DNA of 64,000 bases from contig DAONGE010000006.1 of assembly GCA_035403965.1 (NCBI GenBank), forward strand, positions 6,521-70,520. Direction: 5' to 3'. Source of the stretch: Candidatus Omnitrophota bacterium (GTDB lineage Bacteria; Omnitrophota; Gorgyraeia; Tantalellales; Tantalellaceae). The notes beneath the pieces were generated by a model. It was not told the origin of the DNA, made no database searches, and worked only from the letters and a program-made list of their open reading frames with translations. The translations under genes were made by a program, and so were the position numbers. Positions 18,075 to 27,921 of this stretch are shown piece by piece; position 1 is the first letter of the stretch, and each line of letters opens with the position of its first letter.

Positions 18075-19210
18075 AAGCTCTGATCATAACGACACATTTA
18101 AATATCGGCGGGATAGGCCTGTATACGGTTAATCTCGCTAAATATCTCGGGCCACTGGGCGTCGAATGCTCGGTGCTGTCGTCGGGAGGGGATCTAGAGC
18201 CAGTTCTGGGAGATATAGGGATAAAACATTATAAGTTCGATATAAAGACTAAATCTGAATTCGGCGTAAAAATGTTCCGATCCCTGCCGGGGATAATTGA
18301 TCTGATCAAAAAGGAGAAATTCGATCTGGTGCATGCTCAGACAAGAGTCTCGCAGATCATCGCATGTATGTCGGGGGTGTTTACCGGTGTTCCGGTCATA
18401 TGTACCTGTCACGGTTTTTTTAACAGCAGAAGGTTGTCCAGAAAATTATTTCCATGCTGGGGAAAAAGGACGATAGCTATCAGTAACGGTGTTAAAGAAC
18501 ATCTGATGAGAGATTTCCGTGTGCCGGAAGAAAAAATCGACATGATATTGAACGGTATTGAGACCGACAACTTTTTAAATATAAGTGCGGAAAAGGATCA
18601 TGCGCTTATGAAAGAACTTGATATTCCATCTGACGCGTTGGTGGTCGGAACCGTGGGAAGACTTTCGGAAGTAAAAGGGCAGAAATATCTGATCAAAGCG
18701 TTCAAGGGGATCATCGGACAATTCCCCAAGGCGAGGCTTCTCCTTGTTGGCGAGGGTCCGGAAGAAAAGGAACTGCGATGTCTGGTGGATGACCTTTCGA
18801 TCTCTGAATATGTGATCTTCGAGGGGCGCATGAGAAAAAAACTTCCGGTATATCTCAGACTGATGGATGTTTTTTGTCTTCCTTCGGTGATGGAAGGCGT
18901 GGGGTTGGCGCTTATGGAGGCGATGGCTTCTGGATGCGCGTGTCTGGCGTCAAAGACAGGTGGGATCCCGGAAGTCGTTGATGATGGCGATAACGGCATA
19001 CTTGTTACGCCCGAAGATGAAACCGCGATCCAAAAAGCATTGGTATGTCTCTTGGCTGATCCTAAATTACGCGCGACGCTTGGCGAGAGGGCGCGGGAAA
19101 AAGCTATGGAAGAGTTCTCTATAAAGGACAACATAGAAAAAACTCGGTCTTCGTACGAGAAATTACTCGCTGAAAACAAAAAAAAGAACGGATGTGTGCA
19201 TGGCGAATAA
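18071..19210 (+). CDS. Glycosyltransferase family 4 (GT-B)
   Basis: Motifs KALIITTHLNIGGIGLY and EGVGLALMEAMASGCACLASKTGGIPEVV (EX7E). Start overlaps the upstream stop. Confidence 0.8.
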   Translation: MKALIITTHLNIGGIGLYTVNLAKYLGPLGVECSVLSSGGDLEPVLGDIGIKHYKFDIKTKSEFGVKMFRSLPGIIDLIKKEKFDLVHAQTRVSQIIACMSGVFTGVPVICTCHGFFNSRRLSRKLFPCWGKRTIAISNGVKEHLMRDFRVPEEKIDMILNGIETDNFLNISAEKDHALMKELDIPSDALVVGTVGRLSEVKGQKYLIKAFKGIIGQFPKARLLLVGEGPEEKELRCLVDDLSISEYVIFEGRMRKKLPVYLRLMDVFCLPSVMEGVGLALMEAMASGCACLASKTGGIPEVVDDGDNGILVTPEDETAIQKALVCLLADPKLRATLGERAREKAMEEFSIKDNIEKTRSSYEKLLAENKKKNGCVHGE

Positions 19211-20234
19211 AATTTCCGAACCGAAAAAAATATTGATATTCGAACTCAACTGGATGGGAGATATACTTTTTTCGGAACCGCTCATAAGGGCGATAAAGGA
19301 GACGTATCCGGAATCGTACATAACGTGCGCTATGGTGCCTAGATACGTCGATCTTTTGGCGAATAATCCGTGGGTGGACGAAATAATTGAACTTTCTGAT
19401 AACAGGTCTTTTTTGTCTTTTTTTGAAAAAATAGGTTTTTTGAACGTGATCAGGAAAAAACATTTTGATACCTGTATTTTTCTTAAACCTTCTCGGACAA
19501 AGGTCATTATGGCCATGCTGTCCGGAATAAAAGACAGGATCGGGTTTATCTCCAGCAAAAGAACGTTCTTTACGCGGGTCGTTATGGCGGATGATAGCTG
19601 TCACCGAGTGGAACAGATATTGTCTCTGGCGGGAGCGATGGACGCCCCTTTTCCGCGCAGTCATCATTATGAATATTTTGTCACGGACGAGGACATGAAA
19701 AAAATGGAAGTTACGCTGGCTTCTTCTGGCTATAAAGGCGGGGATATTATCGTGCTGAACCCGGGTGGGAATTGGGGCGCTAAACGATGGCCTCAGAAGT
19801 ATTTCGCGGAACTGGCGGAGATGCTGATAAAAAAATATCCCGGCGCGGAGATAGTGATATCCGGCGCAAAAAAAGACATTGGTCTTGCGGGGGCTATACT
19901 AAAGGACACCGGATGTGCCAGGTGTATGTCCCTGGCGGGAAAGACACATATAAAAGAACTCGCCGCACTTTTTAAAAAGGCAAAACTTGTGATAAGTTCC
20001 GATTCCGGCCCGATGCATCTGGCGTCGGCGGTGGGATCTCCTACGCTCGCGATATTCGGCCCGACGTCGGCTAAGTTGACGGGACCGTATGGCAAGGGAA
20101 AGAACAAGGTCTTGCAGCGTTATGTTGAATGCGCCGTGCCGTGTTATAAAGAAAAATGTGACAAGGATTATGTGTGCATAAAACAGATCTCCGCGCGTGA
20201 GGTTTTTAACGCGGCGTGCGAGATGATGGAGTGA
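19194..20234 (+). CDS. ADP-heptose:LPS heptosyltransferase (GT9), paralog 1
   Basis: ILIFELNWMGDILFSEPLIRAIKETYP N-terminus. GPMHLASAVGSPTLAIFGPT. C-terminal Cys cluster. Confidence 0.8.
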   Translation: MCMANKISEPKKILIFELNWMGDILFSEPLIRAIKETYPESYITCAMVPRYVDLLANNPWVDEIIELSDNRSFLSFFEKIGFLNVIRKKHFDTCIFLKPSRTKVIMAMLSGIKDRIGFISSKRTFFTRVVMADDSCHRVEQILSLAGAMDAPFPRSHHYEYFVTDEDMKKMEVTLASSGYKGGDIIVLNPGGNWGAKRWPQKYFAELAEMLIKKYPGAEIVISGAKKDIGLAGAILKDTGCARCMSLAGKTHIKELAALFKKAKLVISSDSGPMHLASAVGSPTLAIFGPTSAKLTGPYGKGKNKVLQRYVECAVPCYKEKCDKDYVCIKQISAREVFNAACEMME

Positions 20235-20440
20235 GTTAGGAGTTGGGAATAGATTGAAAAAGTAAATGATGTCATTCCCGCATGTATTAAGCGGGAATCT
20301 ATACGATTAAAGTAGATTGTTTTGATGTTATGGATGCCCGATAAAAGCGTTCGGGCATGACAGGGATGAGAAATTCGAGATTCGATGATAACGTAGGGGC
20401 GGGGTCTCCCCGCCCAAAACGGACAGAGATTCGATGATAA
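20235..20440 (+). promoter_or_regulatory. Structured ~200-nt leader: three hairpins and a duplicated 15-nt start region
   Basis: Hairpin 1: ATTCCCGC-N10-GCGGGAAT. Hairpin 2: ATGCCCG-N11-CGGGCAT. Hairpin 3: GGGGCGGGG-TCT-CCCCGCCC. The 15-mer GAGATTCGATGATAA occurs twice, flanking hairpin 3. The first copy gives ATG-ATA-ACG-TAG (a 3-codon ORF); the second contains the real ATG of the next GT9 gene. Confidence 0.35.
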
Positions 20441-21450
20441 TGGAAAAAATGATAGACAGGACAAAAATAAGATCCATTCTGCTGGTATCGCTCGCCAATC
20501 TGGGCGATATCGTGCTTACCACCCCGGTTCTGGATAAACTAATATTTGAATTCCCGGGTGCCGCGATCGACGTTATGTGCGGCCCGGCGGGGGAAGAAGT
20601 ATTTGCCAAAAATCCTCGTGTCAGAGAAGTTATTATAAATCGTAAACATCTTCCGATAGCCGAACGGATGAAGCTTACCGCGTATTTAAGACGTAAAAAA
20701 TATGATATGGCGATCGATCTAAAAAATACGGCATTGCCTTTTCTTGCCGGTGCGAGGTATAGAACCGGTATTTTTAAACCCAAGATGCCATCCCGTACTC
20801 ATAAGATGGACGAACATCTTGTTGCTCTTCAATGTTTCGGAATAAGTGGCGCAGGCGCGTCTTTTTGTGTTACAGCGTCGGCAGACGATAAAAGATTGGT
20901 TGATGCCATGCTGTCGGCCTGCAAAGGCAAAAAAGTAGCGGTGATAAGCCCCGGATCGAAAAGCCATCTAAAAAGATGGAGTGCTGAAAAATTTGCGGAG
21001 TTGTCTGACCTGTTGATAAAAGAACACGGTTGCGAGGTTTTTGTGATCGGCGACGCCGCTGACAAAGAAGTCGTGAAAAGAATGAAAACTTTTGCGCGTT
21101 ATCCTGTGCAGGATCTTTGTTGTGGCACGAATATCGGCATGGTATATGAATTGATGAGGCAGGCGGATATCGTTGTTACAAATGATAGCGCGCCGCTTCA
21201 CATAGCCAGCGCCGCGAACGCGCCGGTTGTGGCGATATTCGGTCCGTCAGACGAGAAAAAATACGGGCCGGTATCTGAGTCGTGCGCTGTCGTTGCGCCG
21301 GATCGCTCCTGCCGTCCGTGTTGTAACGCATTGTGCAAAAAAGGTCCGGCCGAAGGTTGTATCCCGGACGTGACCGTCGAGGATGTCTATAAAACGGCGA
21401 AAGAACTGTTAGGGAGAGCTTGTGGGGAAAATAACCATAAAAATAGGTGA
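20434..21450 (+). CDS. ADP-heptose:LPS heptosyltransferase (GT9), paralog 2
   Basis: [26 protein letters not shown]-terminus. [21 protein letters not shown]-terminal Cys cluster. Confidence 0.8.
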   Translation: MIMEKMIDRTKIRSILLVSLANLGDIVLTTPVLDKLIFEFPGAAIDVMCGPAGEEVFAKNPRVREVIINRKHLPIAERMKLTAYLRRKKYDMAIDLKNTALPFLAGARYRTGIFKPKMPSRTHKMDEHLVALQCFGISGAGASFCVTASADDKRLVDAMLSACKGKKVAVISPGSKSHLKRWSAEKFAELSDLLIKEHGCEVFVIGDAADKEVVKRMKTFARYPVQDLCCGTNIGMVYELMRQADIVVTNDSAPLHIASAANAPVVAIFGPSDEKKYGPVSESCAVVAPDRSCRPCCNALCKKGPAEGCIPDVTVEDVYKTAKELLGRACGENNHKNR

Positions 21451-21943
21451 CATCACGCAGGAAAGCGTTGATGTAATAGTGAACGCTGCGAATGCCTCAT
21501 TGCTGGGAGGCGGCGGAGTCGATGGCGCGATACATCGTGCGGCAGGGCCTGCCGTTCTTAATGAGTGCAGAAAGTTCGGTGGGTGTAAAACCGGCGAGGC
21601 TGTTATGACCGGTGCCGGAAAACTGAAGGCAAAACGGATTGTGCATACACCTGGTCCCGTCTGGACCGGTGGAGAACACGGCGAACCGTTTCTTCTTGAT
21701 TGCTGTTACAAGAATAGTTTTCTTTTGGCCCGCAAAGCGGGATTCAAGACTATAGCGTTTCCCGCGATAAGTACCGGTGTATACGGCTATCCTGTGGACA
21801 AAGCTGCTAAAATAGCTATTTCCGTCGGGATGAAACAAATTGAACATTTTGACGAGATAATATATGTCTGTTTTTCCGAGGATGTTCTAGAGGGGTATCA
21901 AAAGGTATATGCGAAATTATCTACCCCGAGGAAAAAGAAATGA
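21422..21943 (+). CDS. Macro domain protein (MacroD/YmdB-like ADP-ribose-binding / O-acetyl-ADP-ribose deacetylase family)
   Basis: GTG start 5 nt after an AGGGAGAG RBS. Motifs [28 protein letters not shown] and [14 protein letters not shown] are diagnostic of Macro domains. 173 aa. Overlaps the upstream GT9 by 29 nt and shares an ATGA junction with the downstream GT9. Confidence 0.8.
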   Translation: MGKITIKIGDITQESVDVIVNAANASLLGGGGVDGAIHRAAGPAVLNECRKFGGCKTGEAVMTGAGKLKAKRIVHTPGPVWTGGEHGEPFLLDCCYKNSFLLARKAGFKTIAFPAISTGVYGYPVDKAAKIAISVGMKQIEHFDEIIYVCFSEDVLEGYQKVYAKLSTPRKKK

Positions 21944-22980
21944 CGCCGATCCCCAGACGGATATTAATAGCCAGGACAGACCGCATAGGTGACGTCGTTC
22001 TTTCCACGCCGGTGATCCGGTTTTTGCGCAAAAAATATCCCGAGGCTTTTATTGCGTTCATGTTAAGACCGTACACGGCTGATATAGTGAGGAACGATCC
22101 GAATCTCAACGATGTCGTGATCTATGACAAAGACAAGGAACAGAAAAGCTTTTTTTCGACCATACGGTTCGCTTTAAAACTCAGAAAATACCGGTTTGAT
22201 ATGGCGATAGCCCTGCATCCTAACTTTCGCACACATATTATTTTTTTTATGGCTGGGATACCAGTGCGGATCGGATATGATAAAAAATGCGGATGGCTTT
22301 TGACGCAAAAGATACCGCATAAAAAGCAGGAGGGGGACCGGCATGAGAGCGAATATAATTTTGATCTTTTGTCCGGAGCTGGTATAGATGTTTCCGGAGC
22401 TGATATGAAACCGTATCTTTACAGAAGCCGGGAAAACGGTCTTATGGTGGACAAGATACTTAAGGAGAGTGGTGTTTCGGCTAGCATGATCGCCGTTCAT
22501 GCCGGAGCGAGTTGTCCGTCAAAACGGTGGCCGGCCGAAAGATTCCGCGAAGTTTGTGAACTATTGATAAAAAAAACGGGTAGTGATATAGTGCTTATCG
22601 GAGGGCCTGATGCCGTGCGATATTCCGATATCATAACTGAGTCCGGGAACGCAAGGATATTTGATCTTACCGATACCTTGCGCCTTGGAGAAGTCACTGA
22701 GCTGTTATCGCGTGCCAAAGTCTTGATCTCCAATGATTCCGGTCCGGTGCATATCGCCGCGGCCGTGAATACCCCGGTAGTGTCTATTTTTGGACGTAAA
22801 TCTCCCGGTCTTTCGCCTAAAAGATGGGGACCGGTCGGTGAGAAAAATATAATACTGCACAAGGATGTCGGGTGTGTGAAGTGCCTTGCACATGAGTGTG
22901 AGAAAAATTTTCAATGTCTTTTGGCTATCAGCGCGGATGATGTCGTATCCGCTACGGAGCGCTTGATATCTGAACTGTAG
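21940..22980 (+). CDS. ADP-heptose:LPS heptosyltransferase (GT9), paralog 3
   Basis: [29 protein letters not shown]-terminus. [19 protein letters not shown]-terminal [15 protein letters not shown]. Confidence 0.8.
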   Translation: MTPIPRRILIARTDRIGDVVLSTPVIRFLRKKYPEAFIAFMLRPYTADIVRNDPNLNDVVIYDKDKEQKSFFSTIRFALKLRKYRFDMAIALHPNFRTHIIFFMAGIPVRIGYDKKCGWLLTQKIPHKKQEGDRHESEYNFDLLSGAGIDVSGADMKPYLYRSRENGLMVDKILKESGVSASMIAVHAGASCPSKRWPAERFREVCELLIKKTGSDIVLIGGPDAVRYSDIITESGNARIFDLTDTLRLGEVTELLSRAKVLISNDSGPVHIAAAVNTPVVSIFGRKSPGLSPKRWGPVGEKNIILHKDVGCVKCLAHECEKNFQCLLAISADDVVSATERLISEL

Positions 22981-23021
22981 AGAAAAGGTTTAGATGGTAA
23001 AAACAAAAACAAGGAGGACAT

Positions 23022-23777
23022 ATGAAAAAAGTGATATGTTGTATTCTCGCATTATTTCTTGCAGCCGCGCCGTGTTTCGCGGAAGGGGCACAGGAAACCG
23101 CTCAAACCCAGATCCCTCTTATAGGACAAGTGGCTCCGGCGTTTACAGCGGAAACTACCCAGGGAACCATAAACTTTCCGGACGATTTTAAAGGCAGTTG
23201 GGTGATATTATTCAGTCATCCCGCAGATTTTACGCCTGTTTGTACCACTGAATTTATGACATTCGCCACAATGAAACCGGAGTTCGAAGCGTTGAATTGT
23301 AAATTGGTCGGACTTTCTATCGACAGCATTTACAGCCATATTGCGTGGCTCCGGACTATACAGGAAAAAATTAAATACAAAGGTATGGAGAATGTCAAAG
23401 TCGATTTTCCGCTCATCGCCGACATAAAAATGGAGGTTGCGAAAAAATACGGAATGTTACAGGCCAGCGCCAGCGACACTAAAGCCGTGCGCGCGGTGTT
23501 CTTTATCGATCCGGAATCGAAAATACGCGCGATAATCTATTATCCGCTTTCCAACGGAAGAAATTTCCAGGAAATAAAACGATTGCTTATCGCGATGCAG
23601 ACCAGTGATGCCGAAAAGGTGGCGACTCCCGCCGACTGGCAACCCGGCGACGATGTGATCGTCCCACCTCCGGGAAGCTGTGGTACCGCGAAAGACAGGG
23701 TCGATAACGCCGAAAAAGAAGGCTATAAATGCCTCGACTGGTTCATATGTTTTAAATCGCTGAAAGCGAAAGAATAA
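23022..23777 (+). CDS. Secreted 1-Cys/Prx6-type peroxiredoxin with a C-terminal Cys-containing extension
   Basis: Signal peptide MKKVICCILALFLAAAPCFA. Peroxidatic motif HPADFTPVCTTE. ~40 extra C-terminal residues containing CGTAK...C...C. Confidence 0.85.
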   Translation: MKKVICCILALFLAAAPCFAEGAQETAQTQIPLIGQVAPAFTAETTQGTINFPDDFKGSWVILFSHPADFTPVCTTEFMTFATMKPEFEALNCKLVGLSIDSIYSHIAWLRTIQEKIKYKGMENVKVDFPLIADIKMEVAKKYGMLQASASDTKAVRAVFFIDPESKIRAIIYYPLSNGRNFQEIKRLLIAMQTSDAEKVATPADWQPGDDVIVPPPGSCGTAKDRVDNAEKEGYKCLDWFICFKSLKAKE

Positions 23778-23801
23778 TCTGTTTTACACATAGTACGGAT
23801 A

Positions 23802-23848
23802 AATGGGCCGTTTCCGAGGAGCGATTGGAGCGGCCCATTTTTTATTAT
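23802..23848 (+). terminator. Rho-independent terminator after the peroxiredoxin gene
   Basis: AATGGGCCG ... CGGCCCATT stem followed by TTTTTTATTATTT. Confidence 0.55.
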
Positions 23849-23941
23849 TTTCGCAGGCCAATAGTTAAACTATAAAAAGCTTGAAAAAGACAGAAAATAT
23901 GCTAATTTCGTATAAAAATTAGAACAGTGAATAACATTATG

Positions 23942-23950
23942 TGGTATAAT
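23942..23950 (+). promoter_or_regulatory. Extended -10 promoter element (TGgTATAAT) upstream of trxA
   Basis: TGGTATAAT lies 47 nt before the trxA ATG. A GGGAG RBS follows. The -35 is weak (gaacag). Confidence 0.4.
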
Positions 23951-23996
23951 TATCGGGCTGTTAGACTATCAAAAATAACAGTAAGGGAGAAAGGCC

Positions 23997-24317
23997 ATGG
24001 AAATTACGGTAAATGACGGGAATTTTGATAGCGAAGTCATCAAAGAAAGTAAATTGCCGGTACTTGTCGATTTCTGGGCCGAATGGTGCGGGCCGTGCAG
24101 GATGATAGCGCCGATGATCGAAGAGATCGCCCGTGAATATCAGGGGAAGGTCAAGGTTTGCAAGATAAACGTGGATGAGGCTCCGAAAACCGCTTCTGAA
24201 CTGGGAGTTATGAGTATTCCTACCATCGCGATATTCAAGAACGGCAAGGTCGTTAACAAGATAGTCGGGGCTGTTCCCAAACAGGAGATTGTTTCCAGGA
24301 TAAATACGTCGATCTGA
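23997..24317 (+). CDS. trxA: Thioredoxin
   Basis: WCGPC active site ([13 protein letters not shown]). 106 aa. Confidence 0.92.
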   Translation: MEITVNDGNFDSEVIKESKLPVLVDFWAEWCGPCRMIAPMIEEIAREYQGKVKVCKINVDEAPKTASELGVMSIPTIAIFKNGKVVNKIVGAVPKQEIVSRINTSI

Positions 24318-24357
24318 AAATAATAAAGAGCGCGTTGTTTTAAAGAGGGGGAAAGAA

Positions 24358-25365
24358 TTGGACAAGTATAAGTTTTCGACATTTGAAAAATATGTAAATA
24401 AGTTTTCAAAAAGAAAAATACTCGTCGTCGGGGATCTTTTACTGGATCAATATATTTGGGGCGAAGTATCGCGAATATCTCCGGAGGCTCCTGTGCCGGT
24501 TGTTTGGGTAAAGCGCGAAGATTACATGCCGGGCGGGGCCAGCAACGTTGCGAACAATCTCGCGAAACTTGGAGCGGATGTCACCCTTGTCGGAGTGGTA
24601 GGGAATGACGAACGCGGGGAGCTCCTGAAAAGCAAGTTGGAAGAGCGCGGTATAGATATTTCGGGTGTGTTCACGGACGATACACGTCCTACAAGCCTAA
24701 AGACACGTGTGATAGCGCATCATCAGCAGGTGGTAAGAATAGACCGAGAAAGCGTGGATACGGTCAATCACAGCCTGTCCGCGAAGATCGCCGAGTTCAT
24801 AACTAACCGCGTTAAAGAAACGGACGGCGTTATAGTTGAGGATTATGACAAGGGCGTTATAACTCCGGTTCTTTTACAGGAGATCGTACCGGCCGCTAGG
24901 AAACATTGCAGGATTATTTCCGTCGACCCGAAAGAAAGCCATTTCCCGTATTACAAGAATGTGACGGTCATCACGCCGAACAACCACGAAGCCTCAAGGG
25001 CTGTCGGGTTTGAATTGAAGACCGAGGAAGATATAATACGTGCAGGTCAGAAAATAATAAATAAACTCAAAACGGATCATATGCTGATTACGCTCGGGGA
25101 GCGAGGTATGATGCTGTGCGAAAAGAACGGGGTATCTCACAGAATCCCTACTATTGCTCAGGAAGTGTTCGATGTGTCCGGAGCGGGTGATACCGTTATC
25201 TCGGTCTATACTCTGGCGTACAGTTCCGGAGCCACGCCGATCATATCGGCGCATATAGCCAACTGCGCCGCCGGAATAGTCGTAGGAAAGGTTGGAGCCG
25301 CCGTTGTGAGTCAAGACGAGCTCCTTGAAAGACTTAAACTAGAGATCGGGAGGGCTAAACGGTGA
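24358..25365 (+). CDS. hldE: D-glycero-beta-D-manno-heptose-7-phosphate kinase (RfaE domain I only, PfkB family)
   Basis: TTG start. ILVVGDLLLDQYIWGEVSRISPEAPVPVV matches HldE domain I. PfkB motifs GAGD and DTxGAGD-like. 335 aa; no adenylyltransferase domain II is attached. Confidence 0.8.
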   Translation: MDKYKFSTFEKYVNKFSKRKILVVGDLLLDQYIWGEVSRISPEAPVPVVWVKREDYMPGGASNVANNLAKLGADVTLVGVVGNDERGELLKSKLEERGIDISGVFTDDTRPTSLKTRVIAHHQQVVRIDRESVDTVNHSLSAKIAEFITNRVKETDGVIVEDYDKGVITPVLLQEIVPAARKHCRIISVDPKESHFPYYKNVTVITPNNHEASRAVGFELKTEEDIIRAGQKIINKLKTDHMLITLGERGMMLCEKNGVSHRIPTIAQEVFDVSGAGDTVISVYTLAYSSGATPIISAHIANCAAGIVVGKVGAAVVSQDELLERLKLEIGRAKR

Positions 25366-26129
25366 AATGCGTAGCTGTTATACCTGCCAGATGGCAGTCA
25401 TCGCGTTTTAAGGGAAAAGTTCTCGCCGAGATAAACGGCAAACCGATCATACAGCATGTGTGGGAAAGAATAAAAAAATGCCAGCGCGTGGACGATGTGC
25501 TGGTAGCGGTGGATAAGGAGAAAGTTTTTAAAGCCGTCGAATCTTTCGGCGGTAAAGCGGTATATACCTCTCCCGAACACGCTTCGGGGAGCGACCGTAT
25601 CGCCGAAGTAATGAAGTCCGTCAGCGCCGATATCGTCGTGAACGTTCAGGGGGACGAACCGCTCGTGCAACCGTCGATGATAGACGACCTTGTGCGTGTG
25701 TTCGAATACGAAAAGAATATACAAATGGCTACCGTGATAAAAAGAGTGAACAAAAAATCGGATATCGACGATCCTAACGTTGTGAAGGTCGTTGTGGATT
25801 GTCGAGGATTCGCTCTATATTTTTCACGAAGTCCTATACCGCACATACGTGCGGACGTAAGGAGCGCGATCACAAGCGAGGAAGAGTTGTGCGGACGTTA
25901 TTTTAAACATATAGGCCTATATGCGTATACAAGGGATTTTTTGTTGACGTTTACCAATCTTCCAAAGTCGTCGATCGAGCAGGATGAAAAGCTGGAACAG
26001 CTGCGAGCGTTAGCACATGGGTTTAAAATAAAAACGGTGGAAACAAGGTTCGATACGGTAGGGGTAGATACCCCAGAAGATCTTGAGAACGTGCGCGTGC
26101 TTATGACAGCCGCCAATAATAACGGGTAA
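25362..26129 (+). CDS. kdsB: 3-deoxy-manno-octulosonate cytidylyltransferase (CMP-Kdo synthetase)
   Basis: Typical KdsB N-terminus (VIPARWQSSRFKGKVLAEINGKPIIQHV). 255 aa. Confidence 0.9.
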   Translation: MKCVAVIPARWQSSRFKGKVLAEINGKPIIQHVWERIKKCQRVDDVLVAVDKEKVFKAVESFGGKAVYTSPEHASGSDRIAEVMKSVSADIVVNVQGDEPLVQPSMIDDLVRVFEYEKNIQMATVIKRVNKKSDIDDPNVVKVVVDCRGFALYFSRSPIPHIRADVRSAITSEEELCGRYFKHIGLYAYTRDFLLTFTNLPKSSIEQDEKLEQLRALAHGFKIKTVETRFDTVGVDTPEDLENVRVLMTAANNNG

Positions 26130-26133
26130 AACT

Positions 26134-26955
26134 ATGAAGACAAAAAAAATATCGGTGGATAAATTTTATATCGGAGGCGGTTCTCCGATAGCCCTGATCG
26201 CCGGGCCGTGTGTTATTGAATCCGAGAAAAACGCTTATTATCACGCGAAGGAAATAAAAAAAATCGCTGCTAAAGTGGGTTTTCGTTATATCTTTAAGGC
26301 GAGCTACGACAAAGCTAATAGAAGCTCGATAGCATCGTTCAGAGGACCGGGATTGGCAGAGGGGCTTGAAATCCTGGGGAAAATACGCAAAGACCTGAAA
26401 GTTCCCGTGCTTAGCGATGTCCACGCGGAGGATCAGGTCGACGCGGCAGCGGAAGTTCTTGACGTTATTCAGATCCCGGCGTTTTTGTGCCGTCAGACCG
26501 ATATACTTGTCAAAGCCGCGCGGAGTGGCCGGGTCGTGAACGTGAAGAAGGGGCAATTCATGGCGCCCCATGAAATGGGGAATGTCGTATCCAAGATAGA
26601 ATCCGCCGGATGCCGTAAGATACTGCTTACCGAAAGAGGTACATCTTTCGGGTACAATACGTTGATAAACGATTTTAAATGTATACCGATAATGAAAAAA
26701 ACCGGCTATCCGGTAGTATATGACGCGACGCATTCAGTGCAGCGTCCGGCTGGCAAAGGCACTTCAAGCGGCGGGGATTCCGAATTCATCGTTCCGCTCT
26801 CTATGGCGGCGGTGGCATGCGGCGCGGACGCGCTGTTCCTGGAAGTGCATGAAAACCCGGCTAAAGCTTTGAGCGACGGGCCAAATATGCTTAAACTGTC
26901 AGATCTGTATAAATTCTTGAAACTTATACAAAAAATAGAGAAGGCGGTAAAGTGA
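26134..26955 (+). CDS. kdsA: 2-dehydro-3-deoxyphosphooctonate aldolase (Kdo-8-P synthase)
   Basis: DAHP-synthase-I family motifs (LIAGPCVIES; KASYDKANRSS). 273 aa. Confidence 0.9.
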   Translation: MKTKKISVDKFYIGGGSPIALIAGPCVIESEKNAYYHAKEIKKIAAKVGFRYIFKASYDKANRSSIASFRGPGLAEGLEILGKIRKDLKVPVLSDVHAEDQVDAAAEVLDVIQIPAFLCRQTDILVKAARSGRVVNVKKGQFMAPHEMGNVVSKIESAGCRKILLTERGTSFGYNTLINDFKCIPIMKKTGYPVVYDATHSVQRPAGKGTSSGGDSEFIVPLSMAAVACGADALFLEVHENPAKALSDGPNMLKLSDLYKFLKLIQKIEKAVK

Positions 26956-26956
26956 A

Positions 26957-27916
26957 ATGAGTTTTTCCAGCGCGAAAAAAGTTTTGATGAACGAAGGCAA
27001 GGCGATATTAAAGATCGCCGAAAAAATGGACAAAGATTTTGACCGCATGATAGCGCTTTTGTCCGGGACAAAGGGCCGTGTTGTCGTCACAGGTATGGGT
27101 AAGCCCGGTTTTATAGCGCAAAAAGTATCCGCGACGCTTTCGTCCACGGGTACTCCCTCGCTTTATCTCCATCCGGCAGAAGCTCTGCACGGAGACCTCG
27201 GCAGGGTCACGCGTGATGATGTGATAATAGCGTTTTCTAACAGCGGAGAGACGGAAGAGATAGTAAGGCTGCTCCCGATAATAAAGAAGATCGGTGCGAG
27301 AATAATATCTATCACCGGCAATAAAAAATCCACGCTAGCTAAAAACAGCGATTTTGTCATCGACAGCGCCGTGGACCGTGAGGCGTGCCCTTTGAACCTG
27401 GCACCGACTACTTCCACTACGGTGATGCTTGCCATCGGCGACGCGATCAGCGTTGCTCTTCTTGAAAAAAAGAATTTTCAGCCGAAGGATTTTGCGCTTT
27501 TTCATCCGGGCGGGGCGCTCGGGAAAAGACTGCTTCTTCGCGCCGGTGACATTATGCGTCCGCTGGCTAAAACGGCGGTGGTGTCTTCGGACGAGTTGGT
27601 CAAGGATGTTCTTCTTAAGATTACAAAGGTACGCGCCGGAAGCGCGAGCATCGTTGATAAAAAAGGAAAACTGATCGGTATCTTCACTGACGGAGATCTG
27701 CGGCGTCATTTTGAAAAAGGGGAAAAACTTTTAGGACTGACGGTAGGCGTGGTCATGACGAAAGGGCCATGTACGATAATGGCCGATAAACTTGCGGCTG
27801 ACGCGTTCGATATGCTTCGCAATAAAAAGATCGACGAGATCCCGGTCGTGGATGAAAAAGGAAAACTTGTAGGGGTCCTGGACGTCCAGGATATCCTGAA
27901 CGAAGGGCTTGTGTAA
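26957..27916 (+). CDS. kdsD: Arabinose-5-phosphate isomerase (SIS + tandem CBS)
   Basis: SIS domain (VVVTGMGKPGFIAQKVSATLSSTGTPS) followed by two CBS domains. 319 aa. Confidence 0.88.
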   Translation: MSFSSAKKVLMNEGKAILKIAEKMDKDFDRMIALLSGTKGRVVVTGMGKPGFIAQKVSATLSSTGTPSLYLHPAEALHGDLGRVTRDDVIIAFSNSGETEEIVRLLPIIKKIGARIISITGNKKSTLAKNSDFVIDSAVDREACPLNLAPTTSTTVMLAIGDAISVALLEKKNFQPKDFALFHPGGALGKRLLLRAGDIMRPLAKTAVVSSDELVKDVLLKITKVRAGSASIVDKKGKLIGIFTDGDLRRHFEKGEKLLGLTVGVVMTKGPCTIMADKLAADAFDMLRNKKIDEIPVVDEKGKLVGVLDVQDILNEGLV

Positions 27917-27921
27917 AGAAT

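Noticed and set aside
17930-22980. Conserved C-terminal Cys cluster (C-x2-C-x3-5-C-x5-6-C) at the end of all four GT9 domains
   Set aside because: I believe a similar Cys-rich C-terminus occurs in characterised heptosyltransferases (WaaC/WaaF), so it is probably a family hallmark and not a novelty. I use it only as support for the GT9 calls.
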